64,000 bases of DNA from a plasmid. The position numbers and the translations under genes were made by a program. How positions within the stretch are numbered: position 1 is the stretch's first letter; each line of letters starts with the position of its first letter. The notes beneath the pieces were generated by a model, which was not told the origin of the DNA, made no database searches, and worked only from the letters and a program-made list of their open reading frames with translations. Location: the sequence record CP113993.1, one strand, 5' to 3'. Shown in pieces: positions 44,602 to 54,636 of the stretch.

Positions 44602-45891
44602 CTACTTATTATCCTTAAAAAACTTAATTAATGGCTCAAGTAACCAAGTTATAAGCATTTTTCTGTCAAGAAGGATGTCAGCATGCACATGACTTCCTGA
44701 TGGTATTAAGTATAAATGTTGAGCATATACTACATCATTGCTGTCTGGCTGAATGGTGATTCGGTACATGGGTGAGCTGTATTTAAGACCATAACTTGAC
44801 TCTATTACACTGGGGTCTATCGGATACCTGCCAATATCCTTAATAATCCCTTGATAAACACCATATTTCTGAAATGGATAGCTATCATATTTTAAGGTCA
44901 CTCTTCCTCCACAAGTAACATCGGCTATAGATGAGCTATCCAGAAAGAGGTAAACAACCATTTCTCGTGTGTCAGGTATAATTGTTAAGATTTTTTCATG
45001 TGGAGAAACACTATCGCCATTCGTTTTAGTCAGGCCGGATACATATCCCTCCACAGGGGAAGTAATTACGTAGTACTGACTGTCAGACTCTGCACTTATT
45101 TTCTGGTTTAAATCATAAATTTGTTTTTTATATTGAGTCTGAGTCTGATTATAATCATCATATATTTTTAACTTTTTATTCAAAAGCAATAATATACTTT
45201 GCTCCTCTTCATTAATATTTTTTTTATAGTTTTCAGCCTGAATGGCAAGGTTAAAGTGATTTCTTGCTATATTATTCACCTCCATATCAGAAACAGCCCC
45301 CCCTGGATGTAATTTAATTATTTTATCATAAAACGGTTTTTCACGACGGATTTCATTCTCTGTTAATAAAAGAGTTCTTTCCAAAATAACAAGAGACTCC
45401 CGCCTCTTATTAAGCTCTTTATCAAGAATTAAAAGTTGTTCTTTTGTTGATTTATACTTAGACGATAACTCCTTCTCCAGGGCTTTTTTCTCTTTATTAA
45501 GTAACCCGATACCAATCTCTGTATACTGAATCCCAGAACTGTCTTTCATTACAGAGTTAATTGAAAATAATGCCTGATCTTTGTGTACATAGTCACCGTG
45601 GTGTACGTTAAGATTACTGATAACGCCCCCAGAAGCGGCATTTACTGTGGCCACTCCTTTTAATGGTATCGTAACACCAGTGACACTTACTCTTTCGGTG
45701 TACTTTAGCGTCATCATTATAAAAATGATTAGCAAGCATATTATTGCACACACAACAAACGCTACATGTGTTGATGGAACAGAAACCGGAGATATCGATT
45801 GTTGTTTATTTTTATACGCAACCGCCTCTTCCCTAAAAATACCCTTATACACTTGTAAATTCCTCATCATACTTGTAGCTTTTTGTTTCAT
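44602..45891 (-). CDS. HlyD-family membrane fusion protein (CvaA/MchE-like), 429 aa
   Basis: N-terminal single TM (FVVCAIICLLIIFIMMTL), a long coiled-coil middle and a C-terminal beta domain. Its stop lies 2 nt before the ABC exporter start (operon). Confidence 0.88.
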   Translation of the reverse strand: MKQKATSMMRNLQVYKGIFREEAVAYKNKQQSISPVSVPSTHVAFVVCAIICLLIIFIMMTLKYTERVSVTGVTIPLKGVATVNAASGGVISNLNVHHGDYVHKDQALFSINSVMKDSSGIQYTEIGIGLLNKEKKALEKELSSKYKSTKEQLLILDKELNKRRESLVILERTLLLTENEIRREKPFYDKIIKLHPGGAVSDMEVNNIARNHFNLAIQAENYKKNINEEEQSILLLLNKKLKIYDDYNQTQTQYKKQIYDLNQKISAESDSQYYVITSPVEGYVSGLTKTNGDSVSPHEKILTIIPDTREMVVYLFLDSSSIADVTCGGRVTLKYDSYPFQKYGVYQGIIKDIGRYPIDPSVIESSYGLKYSSPMYRITIQPDSNDVVYAQHLYLIPSGSHVHADILLDRKMLITWLLEPLIKFFKDNK

Positions 45892-45974
45892 TTATACATT
45901 AAAAATAATTATGCATTCGAACTAAACGTTAAGCTATTTTAAAAGCTCAAATAGTACAAATGGAGTCGATATAT

Positions 45975-46535
45975 ATGAAAAAATTAACCTCAATGGAATT
46001 AGATTTAATTGCAGGATCTGGTATCGGTCTTGGTGAAGCACTGGAAGATGTTGCTGAAGCAATTATTGAAATTGCACATGGCGGAGATGGTGGCGTAGCT
46101 CTTGGAGAAGCCTTGGATCATGCTCCAGCTGAACATGTAACTCACTCAGGAGTCACACATGATAAAGACATTTTAAATATTGACATGATATCTGCGAATA
46201 TGGATATGCATGATATTCTTTTCCATCACGGCAATTCAGTGGGTTTGCAGAAAGATTTGAATGCCCTTACTTCAGATCAACGTGTTCATTATGATGTTCA
46301 TCTGGGAGGATATCTGGCTGGCCCAGGAACATTATTTCATGATGATGTCCAGATAAAAAGAGACCCTGAAGTTTTAAATATTGATACTTATTCTGCAAAC
46401 CTTGATCGCAGCGAAATTTTATCCGGACATGCAACACCATCTGATCAGACTGACATTAATCAACTGGTTCATGATCACAGAACTCATTATGATGTCAAGG
46501 AGGGTAAATTTGTTGCCGGGCCTGGAGAAAGATAA
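45975..46535 (+). CDS. Double-glycine-leader secreted cargo protein (186 aa): 15-aa leader plus acidic, His-rich mature domain with two about 55-aa tandem repeats
   Basis: RBS GGAG sits 9 nt before the ATG at 45975. Leader MKKLTSMELDLIAGS fits L(-12), E(-8), L(-7), I(-4), G(-2), S(-1). Repeats ILNIDMISANMDMHDILFHHGNSVGLQKDLNALTSDQRVHYDVHLGGYLAGPG and VLNIDTYSANLDRSEILSGHATPSDQTDINQLVHDHRTHYDVKEGKFVAGPG. Divergent from the membrane-fusion-protein and ABC exporter operon, as in cvaAB versus cvaC. Confidence 0.75.
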   Translation: MKKLTSMELDLIAGSGIGLGEALEDVAEAIIEIAHGGDGGVALGEALDHAPAEHVTHSGVTHDKDILNIDMISANMDMHDILFHHGNSVGLQKDLNALTSDQRVHYDVHLGGYLAGPGTLFHDDVQIKRDPEVLNIDTYSANLDRSEILSGHATPSDQTDINQLVHDHRTHYDVKEGKFVAGPGER

Positions 46536-46564
46536 TAGTCGTATAAAATAAAGTAGTTTTAGTT

Positions 46565-46597
46565 AAAACTGACATTCACGAATGTCAGTTTTTCTTC
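46565..46597. terminator. Rho-independent terminator (aaaactgacatt-cacg-aatgtcagtttttcttc), bidirectional in form
   Basis: 12-bp stem, A-run upstream and T-run downstream. Lies 30 nt after the cargo gene stop. Confidence 0.7.
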
Positions 46598-46969
46598 ATA
46601 ACGTGTGCCTTCCCGGATGTGAAAATCATTATGCAGGCGAGTATAAAAGTATTTAAATACCATATAGATCATTAAACTTACAGTGAAAAATAATAAGGTG
46701 CGCCTCAGGTAAATAGAAAAAACTTTGCATGCAATGACAACCAGCCTTAATAAAATAGCCGCTTCTACTCTGACCATCTGATATACTTTTACTGGTGATA
46801 GCCACTGAATGTATACGTGACACCAACAATAAATACCGGTACATATTTACTCTGTACACTTTCAGAATCAGTATACGCTCTTTATGAAACCGAAAAATAT
46901 AACCGTAAAAGATATGAAAGAATTTTTACGGGACATAAGTCTCATAATTTATTTGTTAAAGGGCTCCTT

Positions 46970-47689
46970 TCAGATGACATTCTTCAGAGAAGAATCATCC
47001 GATAAGCTTATTGCTGTCCGTTGCAATTCATCACGCAGACAAATCCCTCTATATAATGCCACACGTGAGGGTGGCATATCCAACCCCTTCATGGCCTGCC
47101 TCCAGTACAGACTGACCGCATTTTCACTGAGCCGCCATTGTCTTGCAACAGAAGTACCGGAAAGACCTGTAGAGAGTAAAACTAACAGCGCATATTTTTC
47201 TATGGACACGCCAACAGGCAGCTGATGCCACATATACTGCTTTAGCGTCAACAACAGTTTCTCAGAACCAGCCGCTCCCACAGGAAATCGGCACGCTACG
47301 CTGTCCGTTTTCCTGAAGCGATACCATGCTTCAGGTTCACCACTCAAATGCTCTCCAGGCTGAATAAGTGGCGTAAGCCTATCCCGCTGTAGATAATCTG
47401 TCAGCCTGAAATATTGCATGACACACCGGTCTGTAAAATATAATCGATCCACTACAATCAGCACTTTCCGGCTCGTCAGCCAGGGCTGCAGATGATAAAA
47501 TAAAAAAACATGCTCATGGGGACGCAGACATAAAACCAGCCCAGCGTCAGGGTATCGGGATAAAAACACTATCAGCTCAGTAATATTACTGCACAGCGTG
47601 GTATCGATGCCAGTGTATCGGTTCTGGATTATGGCTATTACAGCCCTGCAGTCTGCCCAGAAATCGCCATAAATAATAATGTGTTTCAT
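46970..47689 (-). CDS. LuxR/FixJ-type HTH regulator with a degenerate receiver-like N-terminus (239 aa)
   Basis: C-terminal ALLVLLSTGLSGTSVARQWRLSENAVSLYWRQAMKGL fits the LuxR-family HTH pattern. Its start overlaps the GrlA-like paralog 2 stop (ATGA), implying translational coupling. Confidence 0.55.
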   Translation of the reverse strand: MKHIIIYGDFWADCRAVIAIIQNRYTGIDTTLCSNITELIVFLSRYPDAGLVLCLRPHEHVFLFYHLQPWLTSRKVLIVVDRLYFTDRCVMQYFRLTDYLQRDRLTPLIQPGEHLSGEPEAWYRFRKTDSVACRFPVGAAGSEKLLLTLKQYMWHQLPVGVSIEKYALLVLLSTGLSGTSVARQWRLSENAVSLYWRQAMKGLDMPPSRVALYRGICLRDELQRTAISLSDDSSLKNVI

Positions 47690-48111
47690 GCTTTCACCTT
47701 TCTGGATTTAACCGGCCATAGTTCCCTCAGCAATACCCTCTCCTCGTGCGATGCATTTCCAACCTGGTGCCGTCTGTTTCCTGCGATACGTACAAAAGAA
47801 CGGTATTTTTGTGAAGATGATTGCGGCAGGCGGACATTAATAATCCGAACCTCATAGCAGGTTGTCAGCGAACCTTCACTTCGGGTCTTACGGATTTCAC
47901 TATCAATAATATGCTTTTTATTCATAAGATATGACAGCTGAAACGAGGCCTTCCTGTCACTCAGTTTAAAAGCTCTGGCAATATCATTCCTGTTCACCCA
48001 TGTATTTCTGTGAAGACACCATAAAGCTACGATGATAAAAAATGGCCAGTTAGCATAGATCTCCATACCCTCCGGGAGATAACGTCCCTCGTGATTATTT
48101 TGTTTTGTCAT
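47686..48111 (-). CDS. CaiF/GrlA-family transcriptional regulator (paralog 2)
   Basis: About 60% identical to 38059-38496, with the same WPFFIIVALWCLHRNTWVNRNDIARAFKLSDRKASFQLSYL core. Confidence 0.75.
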   Translation of the reverse strand: MTKQNNHEGRYLPEGMEIYANWPFFIIVALWCLHRNTWVNRNDIARAFKLSDRKASFQLSYLMNKKHIIDSEIRKTRSEGSLTTCYEVRIINVRLPQSSSQKYRSFVRIAGNRRHQVGNASHEERVLLRELWPVKSRKVKA

Positions 48112-49305
48112 ATTATTCTCTTATCATCAGTCAGTCACTTATTTATCTGTTTCCGGTCAGCTGAATTACATGCTAACGTTAATTAACAATACCGGGACGA
48201 TACATTGATATGTACAGGCTCCAGAATGAATTAATATGAAACATCTGTTTAAACTATAAATCAAGACTAATAAAACTACAGTGGCATAATATCTGTAGTC
48301 AACTGTCTCCCATTAAAAATGTATGACCTCTTTTCCTGAGTCATTACAACGTTATTATTTCCACATATTATTCCACAGCGATAACTAATCTTTCATTTGT
48401 CCTCCTCTCCGGGGAGAGACCGGACTACTGACCAGGCATCTTTTTTCTCTTTTTAAGATTAGCCATTGTACTGCCGTGACTGTTTGACTATTTTAACCTG
48501 CACTATAAAATTTCCTGCCATAAAAAAGGATACGCATCCATGCCTCCGGCAGACCCGTTCCGACAGGATCATGAAGAATATGTCTCAACAGGTATACTCA
48601 GTAAAAGGTCATAATAACCGGTATAGTTCACTGCTAATTATTGGTAATAATATACCCTATGCCTTACATTTATTTCAGTTGCCTTCCGAGAACTTACTCT
48701 TAAAGTAACCCCCACTTATTTCGTTCTCCCGGAAATATTCTCAACAAAATCAAGACTAGGGTTAGGAGATTCAAAAGTTGAAGTGAAAATATCTTATCAT
48801 GACGATAAAAAAAACAAGCCACATTTATTTATGTTTATATCCAACAAAAAAACAACAAAAAACACACATATATGAAATGTTTTCAGGACACTTTATGACA
48901 GAGACTCAACCTCTTGGGTAAACTAAAAAATAGATAAAAAACAACAAAATACATATAATCCAGCACAACCAGACGGTACGACTATCAGTCGGATAAGGGA
49001 ATGACGATCAGACAAGTACGGAGGTTTCTTTTATTAAGAAAGGAGAGAATAATATATTACTTATAATTAAAAGTTATAAATTTATAACTTTTAAAACTTA
49101 TTCGGTATCGAAAGAAAGACTCACCGCTTAGGAGATCTGGCGATGACAATAATACTGTCCGATTATTACTGGTTATTCTGACCGTTTTTATCAGGGCCCG
49201 TCATTCAGGGCAGGGGTTTACGGCGCGGTTTTCCGACTAACTTGGTGTTTGCTGCCCGATATATTGCCGAATGTCTGAACGACTCGTCGTGTTGACATAC
49301 AGTCT

Positions 49306-49680
49306 TTATAAATGGCTCCGAGATATTAAGCCTGATAACACGGGACAGCAGACACAGGGTTTACTGGATGCCAGAACAGAAATCCTGAGGCTAAAAGCAT
49401 AGCTTAAACGCACTGAGGAAGAACGGGATATTCTGAAAAAGGCAGCGCGATACTTTGCAAGGGAGCCCGACTGAAGTATCGCTTTATTAACGATCACCGT
49501 AAAATCTGGTCGCTCGTTACAATGTGTCGGGTTCTCAGGGTTCCCCGGGCCGGATTTGATGTCTGGCTCCAATACGCTGAATCTTCCGGAGAAAAGGATA
49601 ACCAGCGGCTGCTGGAGCTCATCCGTGGTTCCTGGTCACTGAGTGGAGAAGTTTACGGTTATCGCTAATCGCGTGCAGCG
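49306..49680 (+). pseudogene. IS3-family remnant (orfA C-terminus / orfB N-terminus junction)
   Basis: Frames encode ...EERDILKKAARYFAREPD and KYRFINDHRKIWSLVTMCRVLRVSRAGFYVWLQY. Truncated where the tnpB-only element begins. Confidence 0.7.
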
Positions 49681-49802
49681 TGAATTTACCAATTTGCGCG
49701 TAAAGCCTCACCCAATGCGGGCAGGGATATAAGCGCGGTAACTGCGTAACATTTTTTGCCCCTCGTCAATATGTCTTGTAAATTTTTGCGTATTTTTAAG
49801 CC

Positions 49803-50465
49803 ATGAAACGCGCATATAAATACAGATTCTATCCAACACCCAATCAGGTTGAATTTCGTGTCCTGCCTTTGTGAATCTGAGCCTGCATCACTGCCGGTCA
49901 CCACTAAAACGGTCGGCACTGATGTGGGTTTAAAAAATTTGTTCGTCACCGATACCGGATTCAAAACAGGCAATCCCCGCCACACCGCTAAATATGCGAA
50001 GCGACTGGCATTGTTACAGCGCCGTTTGAGCAGGACACAAAAAGGCTCAAAAAACCGCGCCAGAGGCCGCTTAAAGGTGGCCCGGCTCCACGCAAAAATT
50101 GCCGGCTGCCGGATGGACAACCGGCACAGGTTGTCCCGCAAACGGATTAACGGGAACCAGGTTGTTTGCGTCGAATCCCTTAAGGTGAAAAACATGTTCC
50201 GCAACCAGAATCTGTCCAAAGCGATAGCAGACGCGAGCCGGGGTGAACGGGTCGCCAGCTACAGTACAAAGGCGAACGGGCGGGGCGCAGCGTGGTCGCA
50301 ATCGACCAGTTTTTCCCGTCTTCCAGACGCTGTGGTTGTTGCGGCTTCACCATGAAGAAAATGCCTCCTGATGTTCGTAACCGGACTTGTCCTGAGTGTG
50401 GAGAAGCCCATGATGGTGACATTAATGCTGCCAGAAATATCAACGCTGTCGGGCTGGCAGTGTGA
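49803..50465 (+). pseudogene. tnpB: TnpB (IS605 OrfB-family RNA-guided nuclease) copy 1, with internal deletion and frameshifts
   Basis: MKRAYKYRFYPTPNQVEF then a stop. Later ...VGTDVGLKNLFVTDTGF...RLALLQRRLSRTQKGSKNRARGRLKVARLHAKIAGCRMD...VESLKVKNMF. C-terminal zinc finger CCGFTMKK...CPECGEAHDGDINAARNI in another frame. Conserved left end at 49690-49800. Confidence 0.8.
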
Positions 50466-50469
50466 GCCC

Positions 50470-52850
50470 ACGGAGAGCCTGTAAATCCTGAATCGCATAA
50501 AGCGGCTTAGGTTCGGCTTCGTGAAGTGGGGATCCCCGCCCTTCAGGGCGAGGAGCAGTCAATGTTGTGAAGCCCAATCAGGTGTGGGTAACCGATATTA
50601 TCTACAGTATACCCGGAGTTCGGGGCAGGTATGGAGGTTCAAATGAACCACGAGTCTGTCTGGTATATTGAACCGGTAACTCATGACGAGCGACCCGACA
50701 ATCCCACCGGGTATGACGGTGGTGAACCTGAACGGCAGCATGCCCGCAGGGTAATGTAACCCGCTGACAACGGGGATTGAGACGAGATCACTAAGCCGGG
50801 ATGATCCTCAGGCTTAATCACCGAAAGGCTGAAAAACATGCCCCCGTTAATCCGGCACTGTGGCTTGTAAACGTCACCACGACCTACGTGATCTGAAGAA
50901 GGAACAGGTAGCGATACGTATGCTCTGACAGTCGAAGGTGTTCTGACATGTAAGCAACACACCGGGGCAGCAACATCCATCGCATTCGGGCTGCTGACTT
51001 CTGCCAACCTGCAGCAAGCAAGACAAAGAGTGCGACGGGCAGTCTCCTCAGTATGTCTGAGTCCAGACAGGTAAAGCGGGCAAGGTCAGCGAGGGATGTT
51101 AAGGGGGGCATGGCACCGATGACGCGCTGGCTGGCGGAGCTTCCGTAGTAGCCCGCGATGGGGAAAGCCCATTACATGGCGAAGGGAAGCAGTTTAAATG
51201 TACCTGCAACGTGAATTAACTGACTCAATGAGGTGAAGGCCTTTGATAATCAGCGAAATGCAACGCAAGCCTGACACATGGGCAGCAACCGATCCGTCCC
51301 GACGGACCGAACGGCTGCGGCGTCTGATGACACGACCAGAATGGCTGGCTGAAGCGGCGCGGCTCATCCTTTCATCAAAAGGAGCACATACTCCCGGCGT
51401 GGATGGTGTGAACAAAGCAAAGCCACAGGCCGGACTGCCTGCTGAGTTGCAAAGACCCAGAGAAAATCTTCTCCCGGGTCATTACCAGCCCCTGCCAGCC
51501 AGACGGGTTTATATCCCGAAAACAACGGCAAACTGCGACCACTGGGGATCCCGCGTTGCGGGATCGTATTGTTCAGCGGTCCATGCTGATGGCGATGGAG
51601 CCTGTCCGGGAGAGTGATTTTCATACGCTCTCGTATGGCTTCCGGCCTGAACGCAGTGTCCATCACGCGAGCCGCACGGTGAAATTACAGCTCACCGACA
51701 GTGGGGAACGCGGGGCTCCGGGTTATTGAAGGTGATCAGGTCAGCTACTTCGACACAGCTCATCACCGGCTGCTGATGAAAGCCGCCCACCGCAGGATCA
51801 GTGACACACGCCTTATGAGCCTGCTGTGGAAAAATCAGGGCCGGGCATGTTGATGCCGGTCTCTTCCGGGTGGCCAGTGAAGATGTACCACACGACGTGT
51901 TATCCCGCCTTTACTGTCGAACATCATTCTGAATGGATTCGTCATTATCTGCATAAACGTTACCTGGGCGGACAAGCCCGTAAGGATCTCTGGTACTGGA
52001 ATCACAGTATCCGGCGGGGCCGAAGTACTGCGGTCAGAGAAAACGGGTAATGGAAACCCGTTGTGGCGTACTGTCGGTATACCGATGACTTCGTGCTTAT
52101 CGTCAAAGTCACCAAAGCGCAGGCGGAAACCCTCAGAGAAGAATGCTGAAACGTATCTGAAGGCCGTCTGAAACTCAGGCTGAACATGGACAAGACCAGG
52201 ATCACCCATATTAATGCCGGTCTTATCTTTCTGGGCCACAGGATCATCCGTAAACGCGGTCGTTACGGCGGTATGCGGGTAGTCCTGGCGATCCCGAAGA
52301 AGAAAGCCAGAAACTTCCCTGCGTCACTAACGGTTTTGTTATCAGGCAATTACAGTGAAAGCAAAATCGATATGGTTGAGAGACTCAACCGGAAACTGAA
52401 AGGCTGGACCGCGTTCTATCAGTTCGTTAATTTTAAGGCCAAAGTCTTCAGTTATATCGATCGTGTCGTGTTCTGGAAACTGGCTCACTGGCTGGCCCGA
52501 AAATATCGTAAAGGTATCGCATCCCTGATGAGGTGGTGGTGTAAATCACAGAAACCGGGACAAGGTAAAACGTGGGTTTTATTTGGTGAAATCAACCACG
52601 AGAAGCTCAACGGTGAAGTACTTTATCGGTTGGTAGGACAAGGTAAGAAGCTGTTCCGCTGGCGCTTACCAGAAGGTAACCCTTACCAGAGGACAGAAGC
52701 CAGGAATACATATACATCGCGTTTCGCTGAAGTGGCAATGGTGTTCGCCAGCGTTTAAATGAAGAGCCGGATGTGCTGAAAGGTACATGTCCGGTTCGTA
52801 GAGGAGAGGCAGGGAAATAGTCCGACTACGCCCTGTCTCTTACTCTACTA
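50470..52850 (+). mobile_element. Degenerate group II intron inserted immediately 3' of tnpB copy 1; intron-encoded reverse transcriptase/maturase ORF broken into several frames
   Basis: Reverse-transcriptase pieces LILSSKGAHTPGVDGV (51243-51617), YIPK...LGIP...LSYGFRPERSVHHA and ...RRVIPPLLSNIILNGF across frames. Maturase/X domain at 52186-52758 (LKGWTAFYQFVNF...). Domain V GAGCCGGATGTGCTGAAAGGTACATGTCCGGTTC at about 52757-52790, followed by a domain VI-like stem. Confidence 0.8.
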
Positions 52851-52859
52851 CTTCGTACC

Positions 52860-53110
52860 TGGCAGGGCTGATTGTATCTGGTAGTGGTTATTGATCTTTT
52901 TGCCCGTAATGTGGTGGGCCGGTCGATGAAACCAACACTCTCACGCGAGCTGGCGCTGGATACACTGCTGATGGCGGTCTGGCGGCGTAAGCCGCAGAAA
53001 ACGTCATTGTGCACAACGTAAGGCAGTCAGTATGGTAGTGATGACCGGCAACGGTCTTACCGGGCCAATAATCTGGCACCGGGCATGAGCCATCATGGTA
53101 ACTGCTGGGA
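52860..53110 (+). pseudogene. IS3-family orfB internal fragment
   Basis: [42 protein letters not shown] is typical of the IS3/IS150 integrase core N-terminus. The downstream part is frameshifted. Confidence 0.65.
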
Positions 53111-53322
53111 TACTCATTCTAATATACTTTTAAATACCCGATCGGACTGGCCCGTGCTGGGATTGGCTCAGATGCTTTTGTACTGACCTGTCGTCCAATT
53201 CTGGTATTTCCCTGCTATATCCGGGCACAGCGTTTGTGACCTGACAGAAACTTTGTGCTGCATCCCGAGAGTCCTGTTCTGGAATAGGGATGGTTGTGCT
53301 ACCAGTAATTTGGAGGTAAACC

Positions 53323-53560
53323 ATGCAAAATGACGTTCAATCTTCTGAAATCGTTATTCTGGGGGTAGATACCCATCTTGATATTCATGTTGGTGCTGTT
53401 AGCAGCCTGACAGGAAAGTTGCTGGATACTCACGTTATTCAAACCAATCAAAATGAATAACTGGACCTGCTTGATTGGGCCCGATCTTTTGGGACTCTTG
53501 AACAAGCAGGCATCGAAGGAGCGGAACCGATGGTACTGCACTGACACGCCTTCTCATTAA
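53323..53560 (+). pseudogene. IS110-family transposase N-terminal fragment
   Basis: MQNDVQSSEIVILGVDTHLDIHVGAVSSLTGKLLDTHVIQTN matches the IS110/IS902 N-terminal motif (IGIDVSK-LDV-like). Interrupted by a stop. Confidence 0.5.
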
Positions 53561-54240
53561 GAATGGCCTTAACATTGCTTAAGTTAACCGGGCAGACTGG
53601 CAGGTCACAAGATGGATATCGTATTTCAGGATGTTGCTCTGGATAAAAATATCTTTCAGATCTACGGCATCAACTAAGCCAAGCAGTTTACTCTAAATTT
53701 AACTGACCAGCATACAATTAAATATGCTTACTTCAAACAATATCGTTAGCACTATTAAAAACTGGATTATTCTCTGTGCTGATTTCATTTTCGAAATACC
53801 ATTTTAAAACCAAATATTTTTTGATAGCTGTACTATATAATTTTACAGGAGTGATAGATTTATTATGAATAAAGGTTGTTAGATATGTAAAGTCATAATT
53901 TACGACGACGTTTCAGCTGAGGTCTTATTAGTTCTTACTAAGAAAAACACCCCCATGTTATTTTGATCAAGATCACAATTAATAATATACAACATTGACC
54001 TGACATATTGCATAAAATTAGAGTAATGACAATCCATTGTTAATGGTATATTTATATATAAAGTTCAGAATGTACTGATGAACAATCAAACACACAAAAA
54101 AGATTGCTAATAAAAAGATTGACCATACGAAAATTCCAAAAACTTACTTACACTGAAACCACAAGGAGATTGTACTAAATCATATAAAAGAGTATTTTTT
54201 GAATCTAAAAGTTTATTTGTTAACAACAAGGGATTATTTT

Positions 54241-54528
54241 ATGATAGTTATTAGCGAGCTAGATTGTTCATATATTAATGGTGCTGGTGGCGGGGTGAGC
54301 GAAGCTTTACATGGCGTAGCTCATGCTGTTGAAGGAGCCGCACATGTATATAATGCAGCAACTGGAGATAATGTAGGTGAAGGACTAGGTGGAAGGTGGG
54401 GGAGTGGAGGTGCAAGTGATTATTGTACAAAATATGCCACTCAAACAGATGATATGGATAAACAAATGTATGATAATTGTATGAAAAATCCTACTCGCTT
54501 TGGTTATAAAGATCCAGGTCCATGGTGA
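54241..54528 (+). CDS. Class-II-microcin-like precursor with a double-glycine-type leader (95 aa), Gly-rich mature part with 2 Cys
   Basis: RBS AAGGGA sits 7 nt before the ATG. Leader MIVISELDCSYINGAG(GG) contains the ELD...I.G.G pattern seen in the 45975 gene. Mature part GGVSEALHGVAHAVEGAAHVYNAATGDNVGEGLGGRWGSGGASDYCTKYATQTDDMDKQMYDNCMKNP... contains C...C. The GEAL..VA.A motif is shared with the 186-aa cargo protein. Confidence 0.6.
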   Translation: MIVISELDCSYINGAGGGVSEALHGVAHAVEGAAHVYNAATGDNVGEGLGGRWGSGGASDYCTKYATQTDDMDKQMYDNCMKNPTRFGYKDPGPW

Positions 54529-54600
54529 TAGTTTTAGGTTTATTATAGCCGAATGTGTTATTTAACAGTAACGGAAGCTTAAAAAGCCCGTTCAGCTGCG

Positions 54601-54636
54601 ATGCCAATTCATTTGTTTGAATTGGCATTTTTTATT
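54601..54636. terminator. Rho-independent terminator (atgccaattcatttgtttgaattggcattttttatt)
   Basis: 12-bp perfect stem plus T-run, 73 nt after the stop of the 54241 gene. Confidence 0.7.

Noticed and set aside
45892-45974. Possible Fur box in the divergent promoter between the membrane-fusion-protein and cargo genes (aaaataattatgcattcg)
   Set aside because: Only a partial, gapped resemblance to GATAATGATAATCATTATC. Not strong enough to call.
46559-46777. 72-aa two-transmembrane ORF on the minus strand just downstream of the 186-aa cargo gene, considered as its immunity protein
   Set aside because: Its last about 10 codons contain the strong bidirectional terminator hairpin at 46565-46592, and it has no convincing RBS. 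More likely a chance ORF in AT-rich DNA. Kept only as a remote possibility in the main finding.
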